In this document: positions 17,319 through 26,607 of the stretch, piece by piece | Position numbering within the stretch: the first letter of the stretch is position 1 | Layout: the number at the start of each line of letters is the position of its first letter | Origin: Planctomycetota bacterium | GTDB lineage: Bacteria > Planctomycetota > Planctomycetia > Pirellulales > Lacipirellulaceae | Reading direction: 5' to 3' | Length of the DNA: 26,853 nt | NCBI GenBank assembly: GCA_039190745.1 | Contig: JBCCXZ010000056.1 | Location: 1 to 26,853 of the forward strand | Made by a program: the position numbers and the translations under genes | The notes under the pieces: generated by a model | The model's input: only the letters and a program-made list of their open reading frames with translations | What the model was told of the DNA's origin: nothing | Database searches by the model: none

Positions 17319-17558
17319 GGAGTCGATGGAAGAAGAAGGGGATCGGGAGATGGCTGGGGATGGGGGGGAAGAAAACAAAGGGGCCCCCGCGAGGTATTCT
17401 CTCGGAATCGATGGCAGGCCGCTGCGGCAGGAATTTGATTTCCTCCCGCCGAACCCGCCAGTAGCTTGAGTCTGTTCAGCGAAAGGAGCTAACCCACGCG
17501 GAAGCGATCCCCCGTATCCCCACGCATCCCCATATCTCCTTTCACCTTCTTCACTCCC
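17319..17558. repeat. Degenerate inverted-repeat element with GGGGAT/GGAGAT subrepeats
   Basis: Left (about 17319-17370) GGAGTCGATGGAAGAAGAAGGGGATCGGGAGATGGCTGGGGATGGGGGGGAA. Reverse complement of right (about 17507-17558) GGAGTGAAGAAGGTGAAAGGAGATATGGGGATGCGTGGGGATACGGGGGAT. The spacer is ~135 bp. Confidence 0.7.
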
Positions 17559-17573
17559 TGTTGCGCTAGACCC

Positions 17574-18068
17574 GTGTTCGAGCACCAACGCCACAAACCG
17601 CCGCGAGAACTCGCCCGCCCCCGCGGGCTGGTGCTGGCGTGCGCCCCCATGCGGAGCAACGTGAACCTCTCCCGCATCGCCCGGGCGGCCGGGTGCTGCG
17701 GGGTGGGGCGGATCATCTGCACCGGGACGGCGAAGCTCGACCGCAAGATCGCCCGCGACGGGGCCGACACCGTCCAGATCGAAACCCGCCGCTCGCTGCC
17801 GCCGGTGCTGGAGAAGCTCCGCGGCGAGGGCTTCCGGTTGGTGGGGCTGGAGCAGACATCCGGCTCAACCGACATCCACCGCTACGAGTTCCCGCACCAG
17901 ACGGCCCTGGTTATCGGCAACGAGCGGACCGGCCTCACGCCCGAGGTGCTCGAACTGCTCGACGACGTGGTGGAGATCCCCGTCTGGGGCATGCCCTATA
18001 GTTACAACGCGGCAACCGCTACTGTGATGGCGTTGTACGAGTACTGCCGCCAATGGCCGGATGGTTAG
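17574..18068 (+). CDS. TrmH/SpoU family RNA 2'-O-methyltransferase
   Basis: NLSRIARAAGCCG, VGLEQ, LVIGNERTGL and EIPVWGMPYSYNAATA (SPOUT motifs 1-3). Confidence 0.93.
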   Translation: MFEHQRHKPPRELARPRGLVLACAPMRSNVNLSRIARAAGCCGVGRIICTGTAKLDRKIARDGADTVQIETRRSLPPVLEKLRGEGFRLVGLEQTSGSTDIHRYEFPHQTALVIGNERTGLTPEVLELLDDVVEIPVWGMPYSYNAATATVMALYEYCRQWPDG

Positions 18069-18095
18069 TGGCCCCAAAACACCGCGCACACCGTC

Positions 18096-19709
18096 ATGGC
18101 CGGAACGCTTGTTTATGACCTGCTGATTATCCTCAGCGCCGGGCTGCTGGCCGGGTTGGTTTGCCGGCGCGTGCAAGTCTCTGTGCTCGTGGGCTACCTG
18201 GTGGTGGGGGCCCTGCTGGGCGCGGGCGTGCTAGGCTGGGTCCGCGACGAGCACCACGAGATCGAGCACCTCGCCGAGGCGGGCGTGTTCCTGCTTCTGT
18301 TCTCCATCGGCTTGGAGTTCTCGCTAGAAGAACTACTGCGCCTGGGCCGCAACCTGCTCGTGGGCGGCAGCGTGCAGATGCTGCTGGTCGCTGTGCCGGT
18401 GGCGGGGCTGATGACTGCCACCGGCGCTGCGTGGCAGCCGGCGCTGCTGGTCGCCGCGGCGACGGCGTTCAGCTCCACGGTGCTGGTGTTCAAAGCACTC
18501 GCCGAGAGCGGCCACTCCGGCCGGCCGCACGGGCGGCGGGCGATCGGCATCCTGCTGTTCCAAGACGCGGCGCTCGTGCCGCTTCTCTTGCTCGTGCCGC
18601 TGCTAACGCAAGGCGAAGAAACCGCAGGCCTAAGCGACCTCCTCCAACTGATGCTCATTTCCGCCGGGTTCGTCGCCGCGGTCGTGCTCTTGCGGCGGCT
18701 GCTGGCCCAGTGGCTGATCCCGATGATGGCCGGCTACCGCAGCCCCGATTTGGTCGTGCTGTTCGCGCTGGTGGTGCTCGGCGGCGTCACGATGGCCGCG
18801 TTCCAGGTCGGCCTGCCGCCGGCGATCGGCGCCTTCGCCGCGGGCCTGTCGTTCAGTGGCAACCGCTGGTCGCACCAGATCGACGCCCTGGTATTGCCGT
18901 TCCGCGAGGCGTTCGCCGCGGTGTTCTTTGTGAGCCTCGGATTGTTCTTTGACCCGCAAACGATCTTCGACGCCCCGCTGCTGATGCTCGCCTGCTTTGT
19001 CGGCTTGGTCGCGCTCAAAGCGGTCGCCGCGACGGCGGCGCTGCGGCTCACGGGGCTCGACAGCCGGTCGTCGCTCGGCATGGGCATCGGCCTGGCTCAT
19101 GTCGGCGAGTTCGCGTTCGTGCTGCTGCTGATCGGCGGCGAGGCGGGCGTCGTCCCTCGGGAAGACGTTCAGCGGATCATCACGCTGGCGATCGGCTCGC
19201 TGCTGCTCACCCCCTTCCTGATGCGGCTGGGCCTGCGGTGGGTGACCGAGAGCGGCGACGAGGCCGCGGCGGTGGCCGCCGTCCGCCACAACGGCGACGG
19301 CCGGCAGCAGGCCGTGGTCGTCGGCGCCGGCCCGGTCGGCCGGCAGCTGTCTTCCCAGCTGGAGACCACCGGCCACGACGTCTGCCTGATCGACCTTAGC
19401 CCGATCAACCTGCACCCGTTCGCCACGGAGGGCTTCCGCACCGTGGCCGGCGACGGCGGCGACGAGGAGACGCTCCGCAGCGCCCACGCCGACGAGGCGA
19501 TCCTCGCGGTGCTGTGCGTGCCCGACGACGCCGCGGCCGAGCGCACACTGCGAGCGCTACGCGAGATCAACCGCGAGTGCTTCGTGCTGGTCCGCTGCCG
19601 CTACCACGCGAACGAGCCGACGCTACGCAAGCACGGCGCCGACCGGGTGATCAGCGAGGAGACCGTCGCGACCGGGGCGCTGATGAAGATCCTTGCGGAG
19701 ATGAGCTAA
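18096..19709 (+). CDS. CPA2 cation:proton antiporter (KefC-like) with C-terminal TrkA-N/RCK domain
   Basis: Multiple TM helices with LAEAGVFLLLFSIGLEFS, FSST, GILLFQD, GAFAAG and HVGEFAFV. C-terminal GAGPVG Rossmann motif. Confidence 0.94.
   Translation: MAGTLVYDLLIILSAGLLAGLVCRRVQVSVLVGYLVVGALLGAGVLGWVRDEHHEIEHLAEAGVFLLLFSIGLEFSLEELLRLGRNLLVGGSVQMLLVAVPVAGLMTATGAAWQPALLVAAATAFSSTVLVFKALAESGHSGRPHGRRAIGILLFQDAALVPLLLLVPLLTQGEETAGLSDLLQLMLISAGFVAAVVLLRRLLAQWLIPMMAGYRSPDLVVLFALVVLGGVTMAAFQVGLPPAIGAFAAGLSFSGNRWSHQIDALVLPFREAFAAVFFVSLGLFFDPQTIFDAPLLMLACFVGLVALKAVAATAALRLTGLDSRSSLGMGIGLAHVGEFAFVLLLIGGEAGVVPREDVQRIITLAIGSLLLTPFLMRLGLRWVTESGDEAAAVAAVRHNGDGRQQAVVVGAGPVGRQLSSQLETTGHDVCLIDLSPINLHPFATEGFRTVAGDGGDEETLRSAHADEAILAVLCVPDDAAAERTLRALREINRECFVLVRCRYHANEPTLRKHGADRVISEETVATGALMKILAEMS
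19651..19708 (+). repeat. Direct repeat copy 1 (3' end of the antiporter gene)
   Basis: 53/58 nt identical to 20584-20641. Encodes SEETVATGALMKILAEMS*. Confidence 0.97.
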
Positions 19710-20458
19710 GCCGGAGCCCTTCGGCGTTGCGTCATCGCCAATACTGCACTTGCCGCGATCAATGCTGTGGCTGGCTCGGGCACCAATGAGAAAGAAGTCA
19801 CCTGATATTCAATCGGGTGGAGCCACATTTGATATTCGCCGATCTCGATTGCGTAGAAAGTGATGTTTGTCTCATCCTTTGCGACGTTCATATCTATCTG
19901 CACAACAGATCGATTCAGAATGATCTCGGTCGTGCTGACTAGGTAGTCAACCGTACCGCCAAAGTTGATTAGTCCCGTTGACATCCCATCTCTGTTCTCT
20001 TGGTGAGCCGGGTCTTCGGTATCGATTCCCCAATACCACATCGACGGCCCGATCTCGGGCCAGCCGCGGTAGTTGGTTGTAAACAGAAATTTATACTCTG
20101 TGCTTTGCTCTTCTCCCGAGCCACCATCAAGGTCGTAGTCTGTCGTGGAAATCTGGCCGAACAACCCGCCGCTCCGTTCGAAGACGTAGTATTGAGATGC
20201 CAGCTCCAGCTTCTCAATTCCTACGTAGGAGAATTCGGCGTCGTCTTGCGTTAGTACCCCGCTGTCTTCCTCGTCGAGCCACAGCGACATACGGATCCAT
20301 GGTGCAGGCACAAATTCAGTCGTATTCCATTCTCCGGAACTAAAGTCGGAGGTTTGGCCGCCTCGCAAGACGGCTTCGAGGTCAATCCGGAGAGTACCAG
20401 CTTGGACGATCTGAGTGTGGCAAGCGATGAGAAACACAGCTAGGAGAGTGCATCGCAT
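19706..20458 (-). CDS. PEP-CTERM sorting domain-containing exported protein
   Basis: Signal peptide MRCTLLAVFLIACHTQIVQA, C-terminal VPEPATALIAASAVLAMTQRRRAPA, lower-GC codon usage. Confidence 0.92.
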   Translation of the reverse strand: MRCTLLAVFLIACHTQIVQAGTLRIDLEAVLRGGQTSDFSSGEWNTTEFVPAPWIRMSLWLDEEDSGVLTQDDAEFSYVGIEKLELASQYYVFERSGGLFGQISTTDYDLDGGSGEEQSTEYKFLFTTNYRGWPEIGPSMWYWGIDTEDPAHQENRDGMSTGLINFGGTVDYLVSTTEIILNRSVVQIDMNVAKDETNITFYAIEIGEYQMWLHPIEYQVTSFSLVPEPATALIAASAVLAMTQRRRAPA

Positions 20459-20583
20459 GAGCTTGTTCCTACAGCGATTGCGAGGGTCTTGGCGGGGCGA
20501 TCGGAACTCTATCTCGATGCGGCGGCCCTGTCATCGTCGGTTGCCCGTCAGTGGGCCCGTTTCCGTTAATCGGCAAGCGTTGC

Positions 20584-20642
20584 TCAGCGAGGAGACCGTC
20601 GCGACCGAGGCGCTGATGCGCATCCTCGCGGAGATGAGCTAG
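20584..20642 (+). repeat. Direct repeat copy 2: orphan duplicate of the antiporter 3' end
   Basis: Encodes SEETVATEALMRILAEMS*, 933 bp downstream of copy 1. Confidence 0.97.
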
Positions 20643-21406
20643 CGGACATGCCTACGGATTGCGAAGCACGACATCATTATGAGTGCGACTGCTGCTGGTT
20701 CAGGGATCACTATGATTGAAGTCAGACGATAGGTGACTCCGTAGTATGCGTAGTCCCCACCCAGTCGGCCGCTCGTGCCAACAATCAGTGTCCCGCCCGC
20801 TGCGGCACCAACTGGTGGGGAACCGTGCGCAGGGTCGAAGTTCTCTAGTGCGGGGCCGATTCCGTCACCGGTCAGCCGCAACTCCGCAGTTGCCAAAGTC
20901 GGGATACCAAGATCGTAGTAGTCGTTTACACTGTCAGGGTGCGGAAAGGTAGTCCCGGCCCAGGGCTTTTTGCCGTAGGTCCGCCAGCCCGAGACCAAAC
21001 TGAAGTCGGTCTCAAACAATGGCTGCGTAGTCGTCCAGGTGATGCGATGTACGCTCACCGCAAATTCGGGCGATATCCCGAGCGGCTCCAGGATCGGCTC
21101 GTCGGGTGCGGCAGATTCGCGCCAGAAGAGCAGCGAAACATCGTCTGTCTCCGAACGCCCGAGCGAATTCTCCAAGAAAAAGTTGCTGACCTCAGTCGTG
21201 AATCGTTCGATGAGCCCCGGTGATGGACGCCCCGGACCGAGCTGGGTGGCGCCGAGTTCGAACCCGCCCTGAATCAAGCGGGGCGGGTTCATATAGACCG
21301 GGTGGGCATCGGCTAGCTCGCCTTCGAACAGCACGGTAACCTGCCCAGCCAGCACGGGCGCGGCGGGGGTGAGCAACGTAGCTACCAGTGAAAGTCGCAG
21401 GATCAT
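20639..21406 (-). CDS. PEP-CTERM sorting domain-containing exported protein
   Basis: Signal peptide MILRLSLVATLLTPAAPVLA, C-terminal IPEPAAVALIMMSCFAIRRHVR. ATGA overlap with the upstream paralog. Confidence 0.92.
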   Translation of the reverse strand: MILRLSLVATLLTPAAPVLAGQVTVLFEGELADAHPVYMNPPRLIQGGFELGATQLGPGRPSPGLIERFTTEVSNFFLENSLGRSETDDVSLLFWRESAAPDEPILEPLGISPEFAVSVHRITWTTTQPLFETDFSLVSGWRTYGKKPWAGTTFPHPDSVNDYYDLGIPTLATAELRLTGDGIGPALENFDPAHGSPPVGAAAGGTLIVGTSGRLGGDYAYYGVTYRLTSIIVIPEPAAVALIMMSCFAIRRHVR

Positions 21407-22308
21407 CGGCCGACTCCTTCGGCACGGTTTCGGCTTTTAGTCCACGCCCGGGAACGGATCGGCGCCAAGCAGGCCATCAGCAAGAGTGCTGCCGTCGTCG
21501 GTTCCGGCGTGACGGTCAGCAGGGTCAGGTCGTAAACGATGCGGTGCCGGTATGAGAATCCGTCGTCGTCGTAGAACGACTCGCCAGGGAGGTCTCCGGC
21601 GTAGAAGATAAACTCAGCGACAGAGGCCAGGTCGAGATCGAACGGAGCCAGCGAAGTATCGAAGTCTTCAGGTTCGGGTTCGTCATCTTTGTGGACGAGC
21701 CTGATCCCTGCGAAGGGATTCGTCACGTCCGGCGCGGCCGCGGGCAGACTATGTGTCGGGTACTCAATAGGCACGAATGGTACGTAGGCACCGGGTTCTA
21801 TGTCCGGTTCTTCGAAACCATTCGGTCCAAACTGACCGTCCCGGTCGATGTCGTCGGCGACTCCGTCGCCATCGAATACGCCGTCGCGGCTATCCGATCG
21901 TTCCGGCCTCTTGATTTCCCCGAAACTCACGGAGTAGCGGATGCCGTCGGGAAAGACTGGGGCACCGGGGAAACGGCTTGGGTTTCCGGGGGAAGGCCCT
22001 GGCAGGTAAACCTCTTCGTAGTCTTGGTATGTACTAACTACGAAGCCCGGGCCGGCCTGATCAAGCCCGTGAATGCTTGAGAATGAGATGCCCGACGTGG
22101 TTGTGCGGGCATTGATTGAATAGGTGCCCTCGAACAAGTTCACATCTTCCGTCTCAAAGCTGTACCAGCCGCTGATCGACGGTGCCGGGGCGACGAACAC
22201 AGACGTGTACTCTCGCAGCTCCGCCTCGAAGAGCACGGTGACTTTGCCCGCGAAGGCCACCGGGGAGGGTAGCATAAGGATCGTCAGCAGCCAGAGTCGC
22301 GATAGCAT
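21403..22308 (-). CDS. PEP-CTERM sorting domain-containing exported protein
   Basis: ATG 22308 gives signal peptide MLSRLWLLTILMLPSPVAFA. C-terminal TPEPTTAALLLMACLAPIRSR..., with an Asp-rich body. Confidence 0.9.
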   Translation of the reverse strand: MLSRLWLLTILMLPSPVAFAGKVTVLFEAELREYTSVFVAPAPSISGWYSFETEDVNLFEGTYSINARTTTSGISFSSIHGLDQAGPGFVVSTYQDYEEVYLPGPSPGNPSRFPGAPVFPDGIRYSVSFGEIKRPERSDSRDGVFDGDGVADDIDRDGQFGPNGFEEPDIEPGAYVPFVPIEYPTHSLPAAAPDVTNPFAGIRLVHKDDEPEPEDFDTSLAPFDLDLASVAEFIFYAGDLPGESFYDDDGFSYRHRIVYDLTLLTVTPEPTTAALLLMACLAPIRSRAWTKSRNRAEGVGR

Positions 22309-22400
22309 GAGTTGGTGTCCCGAGTGAAAGAGTCTTTTTAGCCGAAGTAACGAACGCTCTCTTGGGCTTCTTGGAGTCGAGGGAATCTCTTCCCCACTCG

Positions 22401-23462
22401 TTACCAGTTCATCCCGATCCGCGTAGTCGATCCGTCGAAACTCACGTTGCCAAGGTAGTTGCTGTCCCACGCCTGCGCCTCAAAGCCGGTCTGGAAGACC
22501 CATTCGCACCTCTTGAGGCGATAGACGTACTCGAGGCCGAGGAAGGTCTCCCGGATATCGAGGTTGAGATCGCCCCGGGTGCGGCCAGCGCGGAGGGGCT
22601 CGGTCCACTCGCCGGTGAGGTAAGCCCACCGCCCGCGCGTTAGCAGCGACCAACGGCTCCACGGCTTCTCGAACAGGGTGTGCCTGCCTTCTGCGAAGAA
22701 GCCGACACCGAACGCCGAGTCGGTCTCGTGGTGATCTAACGGGTTGGTATCGAACTCGAGACTCGCCCCCGTGAGGCTGGCGCCGAGCTCTACGTCGCCG
22801 CGCCTGAAACGGAAGCGGCGGTAGAAGTCGATGTCCCAACGGAACGCGTCGATGGTCAGCGGGGCCGGGTCGGCGACCGTGTCTGATGCGACGGAGTACT
22901 CGCCGTCGTGGCTCCAGATCCGGCTGCGGATACCGGCTCCGCTTGCCGATTCCCAGCCGAAGTAGACTCTCGCGCCGGAGCCGTCTTCTTCGTTCGTGAT
23001 TCCCCAGTCCGAGTTGCTGTAGCTCGGGTCGAGAGCCGTGAGGTCCACGCCGGCATACCAGTAGCTCTGGTAACGCACCTGCCTGCAGGCAATGCAACCG
23101 CACTGCTTATTGTGAGAGGCGAGTTGCAGGCACTGGTCGGCTGGCTCAATAGCACCGGCGAGTTCAACCACGGGGATGTCGGTGGCCAAGATCGCAGCCT
23201 GCTCTTTGTCAGGCTTGGCTTCGTCCTCGTCCGAGGGCGTTTCCTTTTCCGCCGCAGGCTCCGCAGGTGAAGCATCACGCTCCTGAGTGGTCTCGACCAT
23301 GGTCGCCCCGAGCGTGAGTTCGGAACTTTCGTCCTGCGGCTCCAATTCGGCCATGGTCGCTCCGAACCGGTACTCCGGCTCTTCCTTCGTGGGCTCTGTC
23401 TCCCCGAGGCATGGTTGTTCCAATGAGCAAAGAAGCACCACAAGGGCGAGACAGGTGCGCAT
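22401..23462 (-). CDS. Putative outer-membrane beta-barrel protein
   Basis: Signal peptide, acidic low-complexity linker, Cys cluster (CGCIAC), then alternating amphipathic strands (YWYAGVDL, GARVYFGWE, FLGLEYVY) and a terminal aromatic residue (GMNW). Confidence 0.75.
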   Translation of the reverse strand: MRTCLALVVLLCSLEQPCLGETEPTKEEPEYRFGATMAELEPQDESSELTLGATMVETTQERDASPAEPAAEKETPSDEDEAKPDKEQAAILATDIPVVELAGAIEPADQCLQLASHNKQCGCIACRQVRYQSYWYAGVDLTALDPSYSNSDWGITNEEDGSGARVYFGWESASGAGIRSRIWSHDGEYSVASDTVADPAPLTIDAFRWDIDFYRRFRFRRGDVELGASLTGASLEFDTNPLDHHETDSAFGVGFFAEGRHTLFEKPWSRWSLLTRGRWAYLTGEWTEPLRAGRTRGDLNLDIRETFLGLEYVYRLKRCEWVFQTGFEAQAWDSNYLGNVSFDGSTTRIGMNW

Positions 23463-23592
23463 CGATTTTCCCCAACCGGTTCAAGGCATGCGGACGCCTT
23501 GGTTTCGCGCGCCCGCGCGGGGGCTTCTAACAGAAGGGCTAGCGGGCGGCCACACCGATTGGGACCGCTAGCAGCAAGAGAGGTGCAGCAGC

Positions 23593-24177
23593 CTACGTTC
23601 GATCCCGCCGGAGGCGATCAAGCTTCGAGGCGTCGCTCGGGGTGTACTGCGCCATGCGATCGAGCAACTTGCTTGGAGACTCTTCCACAATGAGTGCTTC
23701 GCGGTTCTCTGCAGAGAGAAAACCCTCCGTTACGCCGTGGTCCATCATCGCGAGGAGATGGTCGAAGTAGTGGCGGGCGTTCAATAAGGCACACGGGGCC
23801 TGGATGATCCCCAGCTGCACCCACGTGGCCGCCTCGAACAGCTCTTCGAATGTGCCGAGCCCGCCCGGCAGGGCGATCACCCCTGCGGAGAGCTCCGCCA
23901 TCATCGCCTTCCGCTCGTGCATCGATCGGACGATGTGCAGTTCGGTCAGCCCTTCGTGTGCCAGCTCCTTCTCTTGCATGAAGTCCGGCAGCACGCCGAT
24001 CACTTCGCCGCCGGCCGCGAGTGCCGCGTCGGCCACCACGCCCATTAGGCCTACCCGGGCCCCGCCGTAGACCAGGCCGATTCCTCGTTCAGCCATGGCT
24101 TGGCCGAGGGACGCCGCCGCTTCGGCGTATGCCGGATCGGCCCCGGGGCTCGAGCCGCAGAAGACGCAGTAACGCAT
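23593..24177 (-). CDS. LOG family nucleotide phosphoribohydrolase (TIGR00730-like)
   Basis: CVFCGSS, LVYGGARVGLMG, MHERK and PGGLGTFEE. Confidence 0.96.
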   Translation of the reverse strand: MRYCVFCGSSPGADPAYAEAAASLGQAMAERGIGLVYGGARVGLMGVVADAALAAGGEVIGVLPDFMQEKELAHEGLTELHIVRSMHERKAMMAELSAGVIALPGGLGTFEELFEAATWVQLGIIQAPCALLNARHYFDHLLAMMDHGVTEGFLSAENREALIVEESPSKLLDRMAQYTPSDASKLDRLRRDRT

Positions 24178-24405
24178 GACAGCCTCGGTTGCCTGCCGGA
24201 GAGGTAGGAAGAAGGGCGGTGCGGAAGCATAACCCTGGGATAGCCTGCGCGCCGAGCGGCGGGCGTGAGAAGCCCTCCGCCCACCCGCTTCCAGCTAGCG
24301 GCCGGCCGGCTACAATGGGGCGTTTTGCACTAGCGTAGCGCCGGCTCCCGGGGGATTGCCGTTTCCCACGGCCCTAGTCGGCGGACTCTGTCGGGGAAGT
24401 ATCAC

Positions 24406-25704
24406 GTGTCAGGCACCTGCGTCATCGGTTTGCAGTGGGGCGACGAGGCCAAGGGCAAGATCGTCGACTTGCTCACCCCCCAGCACGACATCGTCGTCCG
24501 CTACCAGGGCGGCGCCAACGCGGGGCACACCGTCGTCGTAGGCGACGAGGTCTACAAGCTCTCGCTGCTGCCCAGCGGCGTGCTCACGCCGGGAGTGACC
24601 TGCGTCATCGCCGGCGGCGTGGTGATCAACCCCGCCAAGGTGATCGAGGAGCTCGACGAGCTGGTCGGTCGCAAGGTGGAAGACTGCGACAACCTGTTGC
24701 TGAGCGACCGCGCTCACGTCATCTTCCCCTGGCACTTCGCCGAAGACCGGGCGCTCGACACGAACACCACCGACGGCGAGAACATCGGCACCACCCAACG
24801 CGGCATCGGCCCGTGTTACCGAGACAAGGTCGGCCGCTCGCTCGCTTTGCGGCTGGGCGACCTCTACCACGACGAGTTCGCCGCCAAGGTCGAGCACATC
24901 TGCGAAGCGAAGAACCCGGTTCTCCAGGCGATGAAGCCCGAGGGGTTCGAGCCGCTCGACGCGGCGGCGATCACCAAGCAGTACGCCGAGTACGCCGAGC
25001 GCATCCGGCCTTACGTAGCGGACACAACCGACTACCTGCTCAACGCCGTCGAAGACGGCAAGCGGGTGCTGTTCGAGGGCGCCCAGGGTTCGCTCTTGGA
25101 TGTCGACCACGGCACGTTCCCATTCGTCACCAGCAGCAACAGCTCCGGCGTGGGCGTGGCGAGCGGCTCGGGCCTGCCGGCCAAGCACGTCGGCCACGTG
25201 CTGGGGATCGTGAAAGCCTACTCGACACGGGTGGGCGGCGGGCCGTTCCCCACCGAACTGCACGACGCGACGGGCCAGCAGATCCGCGACCAGGGCAACG
25301 AGTACGGCACCGTCACCAAGCGGCCCCGCCGCTGCGGCTGGATCGACACGGTTGCCATCCGCTACACGACCCGGCTGAGCGGCGTCGACGCGGTTTCGGT
25401 GATGCTGCTCGACGTGCTGAGCGGCGTCGGCGAGCTCTCGATCTGCACCGATTACGACCTGAACGGCGAGCGGAGCCGGCGGTTCCCCAGCCATGTGGAC
25501 GACCTCCGGCGGGTGAAGCCGGTGTACGAGACCATGCCGGGTTGGGACCAGGACGTCACTGGGGCGCGGGAACTCGGCGACCTGCCGGCAGAGGCTCGGG
25601 CCTACCTGAAGCGGGTTTCGGAGCTGATCGGCGTGCCGGTGGAGTACGCCTCGGTCGGGCCGGAACGGACACAGACCATCGCGGTCGGGGCCGGTGCGCT
25701 GTAG
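24406..25704 (+). CDS. purA: Adenylosuccinate synthetase
   Basis: GLQWGDEAKGKIVD, GGANAGHT, IGTTQRGIGP, FEGAQG, TRVGGGPFPTE and EYGTVTKRPRRCGW. Confidence 0.99.
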   Translation: MSGTCVIGLQWGDEAKGKIVDLLTPQHDIVVRYQGGANAGHTVVVGDEVYKLSLLPSGVLTPGVTCVIAGGVVINPAKVIEELDELVGRKVEDCDNLLLSDRAHVIFPWHFAEDRALDTNTTDGENIGTTQRGIGPCYRDKVGRSLALRLGDLYHDEFAAKVEHICEAKNPVLQAMKPEGFEPLDAAAITKQYAEYAERIRPYVADTTDYLLNAVEDGKRVLFEGAQGSLLDVDHGTFPFVTSSNSSGVGVASGSGLPAKHVGHVLGIVKAYSTRVGGGPFPTELHDATGQQIRDQGNEYGTVTKRPRRCGWIDTVAIRYTTRLSGVDAVSVMLLDVLSGVGELSICTDYDLNGERSRRFPSHVDDLRRVKPVYETMPGWDQDVTGARELGDLPAEARAYLKRVSELIGVPVEYASVGPERTQTIAVGAGAL

Positions 25705-25788
25705 AACCATGGCTGTCCGAGCCGCGTCCAAAGCCCAAGAACCAGTCCCTTCGCGGATGCAGTCAAGTCGCCGCCAGCGGAACCTGTG

Positions 25789-26592
25789 ATGAAAACGGCC
25801 GAAGCCCCGCTGCCGACGCTCCTCGCCGAAGTCCCCCGCGACCGCTGGCCCCGGCACATCGCGGTGATCATGGACGGCAACGGCCGCTGGGCGCAGCGGC
25901 GCGACCTGCCGCGGATCGAGGGCCACCGCCGCGGCGTGGACTCGGTCCGACGGACCACCGAGGAATCGGCCCGGTTGGGCATCGGGCAGCTCACGCTCTA
26001 CTGCCTCTCCAGCGAGAACTGGAAGCGGCCGCAGGAGGAGATTGATTTCCTCATGCACCTGCTGCAGCAGTACGCGATCGAAGAACGCTCAACGATCATG
26101 GAGAACGACATCCGCGCACGAATGATCGGCCACCGTGACGGTATTCCCGCTGAGGTGCTCGCCGAGTTGGACGAGACGGTCCGGCAGAGTTCGTCCAACA
26201 GCGGGATGTGGCTGAACCTGGCGATCAACTACGGAGGCCGCGCCGAGATCCTCGACGCCACGCGTGAGATTGCACGCCGGGCCGCGGCCGGGGAGATCGA
26301 CCCCGCCGAGATCAGCGAGCAAACTATCGCCGACCACCTTTACACGGCCGGCGCCGACGACCCCGACTTGTTGGTGCGCACCGCGGGCGAGCTGCGGATC
26401 AGCAATTTCCTGCTTTGGCAGGTGAGCTACGCGGAGATCTGGGTCACCGACCGCTGCTGGCCCGACTTCGACGAGCGGGCCCTGCACGAAGCGATCGCGG
26501 CCTACGCACAGCGGAACCGCAAATTCGGCGGCCTTTCTCAGCCCGGCGGACCGTCCCTGCCGGGCGGAGCCGCGCCAACCGAGTCCCCCTAG
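25789..26592 (+). CDS. uppS: Isoprenyl transferase (undecaprenyl diphosphate synthase)
   Basis: HIAVIMDGNGRWA, SSENWKRP, AINYGGRAEI, RTAGELRISNFLLWQ and RKFGG. Confidence 0.98.
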   Translation: MKTAEAPLPTLLAEVPRDRWPRHIAVIMDGNGRWAQRRDLPRIEGHRRGVDSVRRTTEESARLGIGQLTLYCLSSENWKRPQEEIDFLMHLLQQYAIEERSTIMENDIRARMIGHRDGIPAEVLAELDETVRQSSSNSGMWLNLAINYGGRAEILDATREIARRAAAGEIDPAEISEQTIADHLYTAGADDPDLLVRTAGELRISNFLLWQVSYAEIWVTDRCWPDFDERALHEAIAAYAQRNRKFGGLSQPGGPSLPGGAAPTESP

Positions 26593-26607
26593 CAAGAAAC
26601 GCAACGC

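Noticed and set aside
20415..20642. 75-aa plus-strand ORF ending in ...EALMRILAEMS
   Set aside because: Only the last 18 codons are meaningful (the duplicated antiporter tail). The rest overlaps the start and upstream region of a PEP-CTERM gene.
24311..24316. TACAAT -10-like box upstream of purA (also TATACT before sppA)
   Set aside because: No convincing -35 element, and a hexamer alone is insufficient.
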